From Squalus acanthias (lineage: Eukaryota), in assembly GCA_030390025.1 (NCBI GenBank), contig CM059432.1:100132001-100196000 (forward strand): a stretch of DNA of 64,000 nucleotides. Reading direction: 5' to 3'. The notes under the pieces are model-generated. The model ran no database searches. It saw nothing but the letters and a program-made list of their open reading frames with translations, and was not told the DNA's origin. The translations under genes and the position numbers were made by a program. This document shows positions 11,046 to 23,860 of the stretch, piece after piece; position 1 is the stretch's first letter; every line of letters starts with the position of its first letter.

Positions 11046-11104
11046 TGTTGCCTGAACCAGCACTCAGGAGCATTAAATCAGAATTGAAAGCAAATGGGGA
11101 CATG

Positions 11105-11152
11105 GCCCCTTTAAATATACCGGCAACAAATGCATCATCAGGTGACGTCACC
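11105..11152 (-). promoter_or_regulatory. Putative promoter of the Myb gene (CRE + TATA-like)
   Basis: ggtgacgtcacc and (rc) tatttaaagggg lie 60-100 bp upstream of the ATG. The same pair is at ~194/227 in copy 1. Confidence 0.5.
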
Positions 11153-11752
11153 AGACTTCCACCTTGTAATTGGGCCGGGTAACGTGCAGGGCAAGCTTAA
11201 CAAGCCCAATTAATGTCAAATCCTTTTTGCAGAGCGGCTGGAGCCGGGAGCCTCCAATGGCGAAATTGCGGCCTTCGTGACCATTATGTGCCTGCAAGCT
11301 CTGCATGCATCCAGCATTTCAAAATAAGGAAAAGATTCCGGATGCAATCAACAGATAATGGGTTCTCTCTGGGAGGCAGCTGGTTTAGAGCTCCCATCAG
11401 AAATGCACATAATTCTAGACAATATTTGTATAATGTTGTTAGTCACTCTCCCAAAGACAAAATAAGCTTTTTCAGACAGCAAACGAGTTTCATTTTAAAT
11501 TCATACTAATATGGCATATCTAAACTTTCATATAATAGAGATATAATAGAGAAAATTTGAAGCATAGTGAAGCTTTGCGTCCATCACTTCTTCCTAATAT
11601 TCCCATGTCAGTGAGTGCTGTTGACTCCTTTATATCCCCATATCCGCATTTAGGATATGACTACTTCTTACTACCACTAGGGTATCACAAGGATCATACT
11701 CATAAATACACTGGGAACAGCTGCAAAAGACCATGGCTACTATAAGCACATA

Positions 11753-11902
11753 GGGGCTGAATTCCCATGTGGGTAGAGGGGTAGTGGGGGCTCCTTCTGA
11801 TCATCCATCGTAACTTTGTCTGCCCGTTTCTCTGGGGTTTCTGCAGCTCTTCTGCCAAAGTTACGGCAAATAATCAGAGAATCCCTGTGGAAATTAAACC
11901 CC
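11753..11902. mobile_element. Small Harbinger-like MITE
   Basis: Imperfect TIRs ggggctgaaattccca/tggaaattaaacccc and internal inverted repeat cgtaactttg/caaagttacg. Confidence 0.5.
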
Positions 11903-12239
11903 ACACATACAATGGGAACAATCCTATAGTGATATTTTGATAATGAAGACATTTCCATCTAATATTGCACATGATCTGTATGAAGGAGCATGATCTATGT
12001 TTTTCAGACTGAAGGGCCAATTTTTGTTCTCATTTTTGGGTGGGCCCGGGGTAGTAGTGGCTTGAAATCACAGCGCAGCAATTACCAAATGCAGGTGACA
12101 AGTGGGTTTCCCTCAGCTGAACTGATGCGTTATGATGTCCCAAATTCTGTTATAGGTCATATCTTGAGTGCCACGAAAGCTAGCCTTTGTAGTCAGTTGT
12201 AAAATAAATTGGTGACATGAAACCGACTAAGGAAGAAGG

Positions 12240-12880
12240 GCTCATATGTTAAAGCCAGGTATTTGGCAGTCACCAGGAAGCTCATTTTCTGGGCATCACA
12301 GACTACCTGCATATTAAAGGAAGGAATGTAAGCCCTTCTGATTGACATAAATCATTGGATTGATTGATGGCTCCTATTTCTGTACATGGGTACAATCAAC
12401 CATGTCCAGTACTCTGGGAAAACTTGCAATTATATAACATTTTTGTTACGTGACCAGATGTTTTTCTGCCCTCTTGGAAAAATGAATGAACCTGCCAGCC
12501 CTCTAGAAGAGTGCATCAGTCATCTCTTGAACATAGACAGCAGACATGGTGCCTTGACTAATGTCCTCCTGGTGTCTGCAAGGACCCAATAGCCAAAAAA
12601 GTTAATGACTGGTGTGACTTTAAGAGCCACAGGCAGAACTGTTGGAGTCAATGAGGATGCAGCTATATCTGAAGCCAGCAGTGCACATATGTTTGTAATT
12701 ACTTCCCTATTGAGTCCAAATGTCCTTATGCGTAGCTTCACAATTACAGCCAGAGAGCTCATTCAAGTCCCGTATAGTCATTCCCATTATTGCCTGCATC
12801 CTGCGTTCCTGCTTCTCTCAGTCGTATTGCTCCTCTTCAGACAGTACAATTATTGCTGTAGCTGGTGCAAATGACATTCT
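12240..12880 (-). pseudogene. Old, degenerate Harbinger transposase remnant
   Basis: REVITNICALL...LPVALKVTPVINFF in ORF 12520..12762. Confidence 0.7.
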
Positions 12881-14254
12881 GCAATTCTTATGACATTTTC
12901 TTTAATCGGAGTGTTGGAAAAAGTGCAGAATTTCCTTTGCACCAATCGCGGCAGTGATTGTGCTGTCTCAATCCAGCGGTGATTTTAGCACTGATGTTAA
13001 CCACAATTTCAAAATGCAGAATCTTATTTCACTTCATTGGACCTGCCTCTTCCTTCCTCCCCCGAGTAATTAGCTCCATTGGTGTTTTAAGTTCCCTGGC
13101 AGTGCTTATTTACTGCTTTGCTAAACCTGAAGTTGGAATATGCGGTGTGGCATTTAAACAGCTGAATGTACCTTTAACACTCGGACTGGTGTATTCTACA
13201 TGGCATTAAGTTGGTGGCAAATTTACTAAGACTCCAAATATACAACAAAAGTGTTTGCTTTATTTAGTCATTCTTGTTAAGCAACAACCATGTCAGGTAT
13301 GAATAATTATTCAGTGCTAAAGCACTTTAAATTATTGCTCAGATTAATTGGTGCCCATTAGTTGTATATGATTTGCTATTTGGAAAGTCTTGCATCTACT
13401 TTACACAACTTTTTTACATTTTAAATCAATTTTACTGTGAAGGACATTGCATCCTTTAAATTCCAATTTAATTGATTGGAAAGTATACTTAAATCAATTG
13501 CAATATTTAAAAAACAACTTACATCAAGAGGATAATGGTTTCAAGTCTCTATTACATCAGGGTCCCAGAAGGCAGTGTCCAACACTATTGCGAGCAAACA
13601 TAAATTAAGTACAGATACTTATGAAATTAAAGTTAAAAAAACAAAAATATCAATATATTTGAATTTATATTTGTAGTTCACATATGATTCATTTTGAAAA
13701 AGAACACTGGTGTTTAATTTTGGCACAGCTTTGCACCACTTTCACTTATTTCACTCTGGATACAGAGTATGGGAAATAGAAATACAATGCTGGGTTCTTC
13801 TGAAGTTGGGGTATGATCATATAATTGGATCCATTAAAAAGCTATTTCTCTATTCCATCAGACCCTTTGTATTCTCAAGCTTACAGCACATAATACTGTT
13901 ATTGCTTGCATAGTTTTTTTTTCATATGCAAATACCCCAGTGTTCTTTATTTCTATTGATAGCTACATATGTTCCACTTGTAACAACCTTATTTGGCCCA
14001 TCTGGAAATCCTATGGTACAAACCACCTCACTATTAACGACATGTGTTTAAACCAACATACTTTATGTTATTTTTTGTCCAACATTACAAATGGATTTTG
14101 GACCCTCCCGGTAAATCATGCTAGTCAGTATGAATTGGCATTTACGTTTAGAGGATGTACACTTGGATCTGTATACTTCAGGTGCTTGTGTGCTGCCAGC
14201 CTGGGCTCCCTCTACACCAAAGGCATTATAATTATTATTTAATTTACAACAACA

Positions 14255-14575
14255 CCCTGGAGGCAGTTCAGGGAACAGCCATGAGGCTGAATGCTTACAT
14301 CAGAGGACTGAACTGTGAGGTTGGATTATAGAAGATGAGACTCTTTAAAATTGAAAGAAGACAACTGAGGAGGGACTTTATGAAAATATATGTGATGGTA
14401 AATGGTACAGAAAAGGTAAGCAAAGGGCATTACTTCAAGGTAAGTTATGACAGTAGGACAAGGGAGCATAGCTTCAATGCTCTGAAGGGCAAACTTAGGA
14501 CTGATGTTCGGATGGACTTCTTCACATAAAGATTAATCAATACTTGGAATAGACTTGCAGGAAGTGTAGTGCAAG
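14255..14575 (+). mobile_element. Degenerate CR1 3' fragment
   Basis: LFKIERRQLRRDFMKIY...RTREHS...FFT resembles the CR1 ORF2 C-terminus. Confidence 0.7.
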
Positions 14576-16962
14576 TCTAAGGGTCCATTTGCAATGTTAA
14601 CGTCAATGCAAAGTGGCTTTGCTTTACATCAATGCCATAGTGTAAATGCTGAGTCGGGGCCAAATGTGACTCTAGAGTGAAATAGAGTAAGACTCTGTCG
14701 AAATTGGGCTATAATTCCAGATTTATATTACAAAACCATAGCATTGATATGAAACAAAGCCACTTCCCACCAACACTGCCATTGAAATGTAAATACACCC
14801 TTACAGTCATCAAAGAGCCCGTTGGATGGGAGGGGGTTAATTGGTTAGCCACTGAAAACGGGCGCAGGGATCGCATTACATGATTAACCTGTGCCTGTTC
14901 AGTGGAATGCAGGGAGCACGCCAACTTTGTGCTGCCTGCTCATTATAATGATTTCTGCATGCAGCCAGCACTATGCGCTCTTTTCATTGACTGCATGCAT
15001 CAGCAGGGGTCCCAATGTCATTAGTACCTAACAGTACTTAAAGCAAGTCTGCACCTTTTAAAGGGGAGGTGCATTGTGGCTGAAATAGGTGCTGACATCA
15101 TTCTGGAAATTGTGCTGTGCATTAAGCAACAATGGCTGACTATGGGAGAGCGCGAGCACCCAGGTTTTCAGACACTGCATTGGAGGTCTTGGTGGAAGAG
15201 GTGAAAAGGAGGAGAGATGTCCTGTATCCTCTGGGGGGCCAGGAGGCTCTCCAGACACACGATGAGAAAGCAGTGGGAACAGATAGCTGTGGCGGTCAAT
15301 GCCAGTAGTATAGCCCCAAGAACCTGGATGCAGTGCAGGAAGAAATTTAATGATCTCACACAAGTGGTCAAGGTCAGTGAGTGCATCTTCAAACGCCATA
15401 TCCTACCAACTGCATCATTAGCCTCAGCTACTGCTCAAGTCACTACACCCACATCACCCACCTACCAACAGCCTCTATCAATCAGGACTCATTCCAAACA
15501 TTCATATGCTTCACCTCACCCTCACACACATAGCACTGTTGCAAGCCTCACACCCACATCTCACAGCTTGCAGACACTGGCAACTATTCAACCATGACAG
15601 CCACATCACCCAAACATATTGCACAACACTCACTGACACACTTCCCTCTCTCTTGCAGGAGAAGGTGGCGCACAACCAGAGGCAGCTGAAACTAATCGGA
15701 GGGGGAGAGGCATACTGCATGTTCTAACCTCCATGGAGGAGACGGTGCTGGCCATTATGGGAAGGGTCATCGCTGAGGCCGTGGCCACCAGCGGGGCTGA
15801 AGCCATTGAAGATGATGGTATCCTCATAACTAATTCTCCTTCTCTCATCCCACTTCCCCCTCATCCCTCAATCTCTTCTGACTGAGAAGCTGCAGATGGT
15901 GTAAGCATGCTTGGTGTATTGCAAAGCCTGCCAGAAAGCCTGGGTTCAATGGCAAAGAACATGGAGGATTCTGGCACCAACTTGCCACAGGGCTTTGCGC
16001 AGAGCTTGGAGTCCATCCTTTCCAGCATGGAACGGGGGGTGGGGGGCGCACCGCTACCAACACACCTGTGGAACCAACCATGATGCAATGTCTGATGGCA
16101 GATGTCTCAGCATTCATTGCAGCACAAACAGCAGCCACCCAACATCTGAGTGCTTCAGTGGAAGTTCAGACTGCTGCCATCATAGCTCTGGATACCAGTG
16201 TTCAAAGGGGCTTCCAGGGTGTCACAGCAGTTCAGCAATCTGTTCACCAACAGATTACTGGGATTGCTGAGGTGCCACCCCGGGAGAGGCAGTGGCTCCA
16301 TGGAGCATGAACCTGCTGTCCTCTCCCAGGATGACAGCATTCATGCTTGCACACCTGTCACTCCGCCAGTGCCCTTGCTGTTGCCTGATAGCCAGCCAGC
16401 CCAGACTGCTGCAGCCCAGGCCGAGATGGTGCAGTCTGCAGATGGGCCTTCTCGGCCCAGAGCTGCTCGAGGTTGCCCTCCAAGGCCATCTGCAGTCTCC
16501 TCCACTTAAAGTCAGCAGCCTTCCACCAGCCATACTACAGCCACTGCTGTAGCACTGCGTAGGAGCACTAGGACAGGCAAAGGCACACGGAAGAGACTCT
16601 AAGGGAATGCATGGGGGCGATTAGTTTATTTTTGTATGCAATATGGCATGATTTAATTTATCAATTTGGATTGGAATGTGTATTTTGTGTTGGCTTTTAT
16701 TTTTGCATTGTGGGAAAGAGGATGGTCAATGACAGAAGTAAGGAGTGTGGGACTGTTGGTGAATGGGGAATTGGGGCTGAGGTTACTGGCAGTGTTCCCA
16801 CTAAGCTGCGCAGCTGTGTGGCCTCGCAGCAGTCTGGAGGTCCCACTCAGGCTGCTCACTGGCTTTTACAGGGAAGAAACCATGCATGCGCAAAAAATTG
16901 ATTGGGCGGCGCACCCAATTAAAGAGACCGCACACAAAAAAACAAATTAGAGGGAACATTGA

Positions 16963-18146
16963 TTACTGGCATCGTTCTTGAATTATTTGTTTACATAGAA
17001 CCAGGGCAGAAAAGGCCTGTCTAGGTTGCAGCCTCCCTTCCTCTTCCACCTCCTCCTCTTCTGCCTCCTCCACCTCCTCAGCTAACTTCTCCTCGTGCTC
17101 CTGCTCCTCAGCTTCTTGCCTGATAGGTGGTGGCAAGGGCTGTTCCCTCATGATGGCAAGGTTGTGCAGCATGCACCAGACCACGACAAATCTTGAGACC
17201 CCTCAGCCGAGTACTGCAGGGCTCCTCCAGATTGGTCCAGGCAGCAGAATCGTTGCTTCAGGATGCCAATGGTCTGCTGTATCAGATTTCTTGTGGCAGC
17301 ATGGCTCTCATCGTATACCTGCTGCACATGTATGCGTTGGGTTGCAGACCGGAGTTGTGAGACCTGCCATCCGGATAACCCTTTTTGCCCAGTAGCCACC
17401 CTTTGATTTGCCATGCTGGTTGAAATACAGCTGGCACAGAGGACTGCCACAGAATGAATGCATCATGATTGCTGCCAGGATACTGGGCATTGACTTGCAC
17501 AATGCGCTGCCTGTAGTCACACACCTGCTGCACATTGAGGGAGTGGAATCCCTTTCAGTTCAGGTACGTGGCAGAGTTGAAATGAAGCGCATGCAAAGCA
17601 ATGTACATGCAGACAATGGCACCCTGCACCATGGTGAAGCCTGCAATCCTCGCAAAACCTTGTGCACACTCCGACTGCTTCTCTCTGGCAAGAGGGAACA
17701 AGATGAAGTTGTTTCTCTTTGCATAGAGAGCCTCAGTGACCTCCCTTATGCAGTTGTGCACTGAAAACTGAGAGATGTTGCTTATATCTCCAACAGCAGC
17801 TTGGAAGGAGCCAGGTGCATAGGAGTTTAGAGCCACAGTCACCTTGACAGCCAAAGGCAATGCTATCCTTGCCCTGCTCTGAGGTTGGAGTTGTGGCTGA
17901 AGTAGGTGGCAGATTTCAGTGATGACCACTTTGGTGAAGCGCAGACATCTCAAGCATTGGTGGTGGCTGAAGTTCAGGTATGAGAGTTGCTCCCTGAACA
18001 CCTTCTGTGGATATAGCCTCCTGCTGCGAACCCTTCTGCCCCTCCTCCTCCTCCCTCTTCCAGCAGCTTGTCCTGCTCTGTGTGGCCTCTCTTCATTCTC
18101 CCAGTTATGCTCAATGCCAAGAGGGAGACCTAATGGTCCACCCATG
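16963..18146 (-). pseudogene. Harbinger transposase, frameshifted
   Basis: LPLAVKVTVALNSYAPGSFQ, YPGSNHDAFIL, WLLGKKGY, HAATRNLIQQTIGILKQRF, CMLHN. Confidence 0.9.
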
Positions 18147-18192
18147 TCTGAGAAAAACTGATTTGTGCACAAGCCTTTCGTCAGCAAAGAAA

Positions 18193-19085
18193 GGGGGAGA
18201 AATTCAGTATCACCCCATTTGGGGCGCAATTATCGGCCGGGCGCAAAGATTAGCGCCTGGCGCTAATTATCGCCACCGACTGCAAACTTGACTTTTATCG
18301 CCCCTGGAGGTGATTGGAGCGCTAAATCAGGCGCTTCACACCTGTCTTAAGGCGCAAAGGCTGAGGAGCGAGGCGCTACCTCAGAGCGCTGGCGAATCTC
18401 ATGTGATGTCAGTCAGCAATGGAACACACACACAATGGCACTGGCCAGTTCTTAAAGGGGATGGTTGATCTTGCTTTCCATCCACATCCTGCTCATTGCA
18501 GCCTTGAATCCCGGCCTGGAGAGACCTGCACATCAAATCTGCTGGAAAGAACAATGGAGAGTACCAGAGAAAGAGCTTAGAGTGCAGCCCCCACAGTCTC
18601 TTCTAAATCGATACAAGGAATGGCAAATCAAAATGAACCTGCAAAGTGCTGCTCAGTACCCAAAACTCCTTCACACAGCATTGAATCTCTCCAGAAGTCT
18701 CTCTCTCTCTCTCTCAGAATGCGTGGTTCAAAAATGGCACCAACAATAAAAGGCAGGAAGCGGTCGCCTTCAAATAGCGCTCCCCCAGTCCCTTCATGAC
18801 TGCAAAACGCTCCCCTCAACCTGTCGTTGCTAGCGTCAGGCGGTAAGGCAGGGGGCGCCACTCAATATCTGCTCCGGGACGATACTGGGGCGTTGCGCAC
18901 TCGACTGACGTCACGATCTGCCGGCGCAGGAGATCGTGGCGGTCATGTTTAGCGCCGCCGCAAAATGTCTAGTTAATTTTGCGAGCGGCGCAAACATCGC
19001 CGCGCCTGGGCGCTAGATGCTTTGCGCCCCATTAGCGCCCTTTTAAGGCGCTAACGGGAGGCGCAACCAACTGAATTTTTCCCCC
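18193..19085. mobile_element. Harbinger-type MITE (CpG-rich ends)
   Basis: TIRs gggggagaaattcagt/actgaatttttccccc, 3-bp TSD aaa, many subterminal ggcgc/gcgcc motifs. Confidence 0.88.
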
Positions 19086-19965
19086 AAAGTGCTTTGGCAC
19101 CTGACATACCATTCCCTGTACACTATTGAAACTTTAACCAACTATAGAAAGCACCCAAAACTTGTAGAGTTGCAGCAACAGCCAGAAGAAATAAACCATT
19201 AACTAACCGAGAAGTAGTTGATGATCCTTTTAAATAGCGCTGGTGGGGGTCGTTCATGCCATTGAATGCGTGTTCAGCTGTGGGAGGTTAAGAGAGGCTG
19301 TAGGCTGGAGCGTGGAGCTCCAAAATGGCAGCGTCTGCGTCAAATCAGCGTTATGAATCAACTGGTCTACAGAATTGAAGTGGCTCACATTTGTCTGTAA
19401 AAGTGGTTATATTGAATAATTTAACTAATTTATTAGTAAATTAACATGAGATATCTCAGAAAATGACAGCATTATGATTTATTTATAGCCACTAACACTT
19501 TAATGCATGCTGATATCAATTCTGGATACTTTTTTAAAGATTTTGTAGAGGCCAAGAAATACATAAAGCCTGAAGAAAAACCATGCTAATCGGCTTCTTT
19601 CCTTTTATACCAAATATCTCTGCAATAGTACTTAGTGCTATTAAAACGTGTTGTGCTTGAATAAACATGGACACATTCAAGAAATGTATTCAAATTTGCA
19701 GGCCTTCCAGAACTTCAGCTGTTTATATGAATAATCGTTTTTGCTATTTGCTTTAAAGTTCTCTGGCAGTTGAAGATCAGTAAAATAAATTCATCTGTTT
19801 TAATTATTTAGATACATTAGAAAATATTATGATGAAATGATGCCAACTTTCAAAGCATAACATATTATTTGGCCTGCTGTACTTGTTAAATGATCCCTTG
19901 AATATAGAGGTATAATTTCAGACCAGCATATTAAAACCCTTTTTGTGGGTTTTTTTTATTCCAGA

Positions 19966-21206
19966 CATTTTGTCAGCCCCAAGAAGGCGGGTATGGAGGC
20001 GGGACTGCCGGCAAAGTTGCAGATTTGGGGGCAGCTGGCAAAGCCGCCCCCAACCCGCCTCTGTGCCCTTTTGCCAGGAGGTGGGAAGCCGTCCTGCCAA
20101 GGGTCCCGTCTCCTCGAGGCGGGAAAGGGATTAAACTCCTATTAACTGCCTGTTAACAGGTAGTTAACAGGCAGAGAAAAGGATTATCCCTATTGTTAGC
20201 TCCGAAGTGCAGGCTTCCCGACCTCGGAGAACCCCGCCAGGGTGCATGAGACGAGAAGGAGGTCTGCGGGGGTCGGAGGGGTCTGAAAGTGAGACGTAGA
20301 GGTGAGTGATAAGTTTGTGAAGCTGCCAAACACTGACATTCTCTTTAGTTTGATGAGTGCTTGTGTTGAGGACTCATCAAACCTTTCAAATTTGTAAATT
20401 TCACATGGCTATTAGAACGGAGGTTCCAACAGCCATTCTGTGAAATTAACAAGCAGGATGTCGGCTCTCCCGATCCACCGCAGCTAAAGGCTGTATGAAG
20501 AAAACAAGGTAAGTGAACACTTTTTTAAACTTATCACTCACCTTGCATACTTACCACTCCACACTTGCACCCATCACTCACCTCTACACCTTACTTCCAG
20601 GTGCCTCCGACCGCCGCAGACCTCCTCCACGTCTCCTCCAACCCGACGGGGTTCTCCGAGGTCGGGAAGCCTTCACCTGTGAAGGTAAAATGGCACTAAT
20701 CCTTTTTTCTGCCCGTTAACTATCTGTTAACAGGCAGTTAAGAGGATTAAATGCCTTTCCCGCCTCCAGGAGATGGGACCCGAAGCTGCACATCTTCCCG
20801 CCTCCTGGCAAAAGGGCACGGAGGTGGGATGGGGCGGCTTTGCCATCCGCCCCCAATTTCTCCGAGTTTACCAGCTGTCCTGCCTCCATGCCCGCCTCCT
20901 CGGGACTTGGAAAATCCAGCCCAAGGATTCATCAAACTACACAGAATGTCAGTGTTTGACAGCTTCACAGAGCTGTCAAACGCTGACATTTCTTCTTTCA
21001 AGAAATCTTGACATATGGCACGTCAGATGTTGACATGCTCTGTCACTGACTTCCCCCTAATTGGCTTGCTGAGCCCGCTGGGCGGGCTTGACAAGGTCAA
21101 ACAGGGGACAATCCCGCTGGTTGGCCAGAAGCTGATGGAGGCGGGATTGAAAGCCGGCAAGCAGCAGTCCCGCCTCCAAAAGCTTCCCATTGACAAAATC
21201 CAGCTC
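19966..21206. mobile_element. Foldback-like Harbinger MITE composite
   Basis: ~330-bp imperfect inverted arms (~19970-20310 vs ~20575-20921, ending aaaatccagccc), followed by a second right-end piece ending gacaaaatccagctc. Confidence 0.8.
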
Positions 21207-21374
21207 ATTAAAACTCTTTTTGGTTTTTTTATTTTTTATTCCAGACATTAACCCATTGAAAATATATGAGTTAACATGTGCATTAAAAATGCACAAAGAA
21301 GGAATTAATACATGTGTGTTAAGCATTCATCTGGGAACATTACCAGTCAAAAAATATTCCCCATAGTAACTTAC

Positions 21375-21640
21375 ACTCAGAATAAAACAGCACAGAAGGA
21401 GACCATTCAGCCCATCATGCCTGTGCCAGCTCTTTGAAAGAGCTATCCAATTAGTCTTTTTCCCCATAGCCTTAGAACTTTTCACTTTTTAAGTATTTAT
21501 CCAATTCCCTTTTGAAAGTTACTACTGAATCTGCTTCCACCACCCTTTCAGGCAGTGCATTCCAGATCATAACAGCTCAGTGTGTAAAAAAAATTCTCCT
21601 CATTTTATCTTAAATCTGTGTCCTTTGGTTATTGATCCAC
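21375..21640 (-). mobile_element. Degenerate CR1 3' end
   Basis: Similar to the CR1 tail at 60781-61085. Confidence 0.65.
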
Positions 21641-22181
21641 CTGCTTTTCTTTTTCTTTTTTTCTTTCAGAGGAAGTTGAAGAGTTCATGCTTTACCGAGT
21701 TTTGATGTTCCGTGCAAAAAAAAAATCCTAATTGCTTCCATTACTCCTAAAAAACACTTCTCGGGGGTGGGGGGGTGAAGAGGTGGAGTTGTCCTCTGCC
21801 AAAATCCTGGGTTTGGTATTGTTTAGTGACTCTGTCAGAAGAAGGTGTGTCCTGTTGTCTGAGCATGTGCAGTATATGCAATTTCCCAGGATGGATCAGT
21901 AGCATTTAGTCGAATGGTAGAATGCCTCTCTCACAATCTCTGAACAAAATCTGTTTGCTTAAATTTCAAAATTATTTGAAGAAAAGCTGGAAGACAAGCT
22001 TTATTCAGGTAAAATTCATAAGAAATGAATTTCCTTTCCTTTTTCAGTGCATTATTGCAGTGTATAAATGGCGCATTAATTTTAGTTTTAGGCAGGAAAA
22101 TTGGGTGGGGTTGGTTTCCACTATTAAAATAGCTCCCTGAGTTTCTTCACGTTTTTTGAGCCTTCCCACGATCCACCCGTT

Positions 22182-22971
22182 GGGCTGGATTTTGAATGAC
22201 CAATGGAGTCGGGTTTGGAGGCGTGTGGGGGTTAAATTTGCAGGGTCGGGGGTCCCGACCCCATCCCGACTCCATCCCGCCTCCACGCAATTTTGACAAA
22301 ATCAGTCGCAGGGTTCCCGACTCCGTCCCGCCTCCAAGAGGCGGGAGAGGCCATTAAAGCCCTTAACAAACCCTAAATTGGCTCTGCAATGCCATTTTGA
22401 AACATTTTAGCTAGTTTAACCCTTTTCAGACGTGAAGCACGCCTGATGTGAAACACGTCAGTGAAACCTGGCGGGAGCACAAGTGGATAGCTGGCTATCG
22501 GCTGCAGGTCCACTATTACAATGGAGATGTGATGAAGGTAGTAGTAGTATTAGGTGTGAAAGTAGCCTCTGATGGTGCTGCATTGAATGTCTTCAGAGAC
22601 TGCATGGCATTTGGTGCGAGAGGACTTGGATGCAAAAAAAAATCAATCTCTCTTCTCTCTCTCTCTCTCATATATACACACACACCCATCCATCCAGGTC
22701 CCACAGCAAAAGCCAGGCAGGTCCTCTCTCACCAACATCCAGTCAGTCTCTGAGACCAGGCAGCAGCAATGATGACATCATCAGAGGCGACTTTCAGACT
22801 GAAACCACTAATTAGTTCATCGGTTCCCACATGCTGGAACTCAATTGCCCAATAAAGTGAAAATTGCATCATTCATCCACATTAATCTGGAGTCGGGGGG
22901 GGGGGGGGGGGGGGGTAACACGAAATGCGGATGACACAACCCCAACCCGACCCCAAGACAAAATCCAGCCC
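22182..22971 (+). mobile_element. Harbinger-type MITE (gggctggattttg family), copy 1
   Basis: TIR gggctggattttg/caaaatccagccc, TSD gtt; collinear with 54309-55058. Confidence 0.92.
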
Positions 22972-23429
22972 GTTGAGTCTGACTGACCATATTTGCACTG
23001 GAGAGCTGGGTTTCCAAGTGTTACACTCCTAATACTTTCTGGATAAAATAGACTGACATTTGTACGGATCAGCAGCTGCCAGGCTCAGTAGCAAGCATGG
23101 CATTCCCTTTGGTCACACCCTTATATGCCATTATCATGGAGGAGGAGAAGGAGCAGCACAAGATGAAGCAAAGGAGACCCAGGCAGCATTTAAGGAGCCT
23201 GCAGCATCTGGGGTATTAGCCCCCTCCCCCATAAAATATAAGAAAAAAGAATAGACACTGGCATAGACCAGTTGGGCTGAAGCACCTCTTTCTGTGCTGT
23301 AGATTCTATGTAATTCCATGTAACTTCCAGCCTGGGAGTTATCACAGGAAACCCAGTCAATTTTAATAAAATATACAGTATTTTCATAAAATATACAATA
23401 TTTGCATAAAATATACAGTCAGCACAGGA

Positions 23430-23860
23430 GTTGTGCATAAGGAGAGTGCGATTCACCAAAGAGGCAATAGGGCAGCCCTATCACCTATTGCATGAGGACC
23501 TGCAGATATGCTCATCTGCCCACAACGCTCCTTCTGTGGCTATGAAGGTGACTTCTGCGCTCAATTGTTTCGGCACTGGCTCATTTCAGGCAGCCATGAG
23601 CAATCTCTGCAATATCAGCCAGGCTGCAGTACGGGCATTAATTTGTCAGGCAGCAATAAGATCAGGGCATCCACTTTTACAGGGTTTCCGGCTTCCCCAA
23701 GTTCAGGGTGCAATCAATGGCACCCACATTGCTTTGAGCACCGCCACATATGCTCCCCTCAACTACATCAATAAGAAAAGCTTCCACACCCACAATGTAT
23801 TCCATTGGAACCAGTTCTATATGCAGAAGACCATCATGATGACTTGCACTTAGAGGAATC
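23430..23860 (+). pseudogene. Old Harbinger transposase remnant
   Basis: VAMKVTSALNCFGTGSFQ...VQGAINGTHIAL...INKKSFH. Confidence 0.8.

Larger units (their letters stand above)
7117..11273. mobile_element. Full-length PIF/Harbinger element, family A (~4.2 kb, mutated)
   Basis: Imperfect TIRs ggccatgattttgcc/ggcgaaattgcggcc, flanks tta/ttc, convergent transposase (+) and Myb/SANT (-) genes. Confidence 0.92.
14831..19350. mobile_element. PIF/Harbinger family B element (MITE inserted at 18193-19085; right end lost)
   Basis: Left end matches 30765 and rc 46701/54030/40874. Myb gene on + (~15132-16610: WEQIAVAVNA...TWMQCRKKFNDL); transposase on - (~18146-16963). Confidence 0.88.

Noticed and set aside
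21645..21850. Host exon after a strong polypyrimidine/CAG acceptor
   Set aside because: All three frames hit stops quickly and the tract abuts a CR1 remnant. A non-coding exon cannot be excluded but is unsupported.
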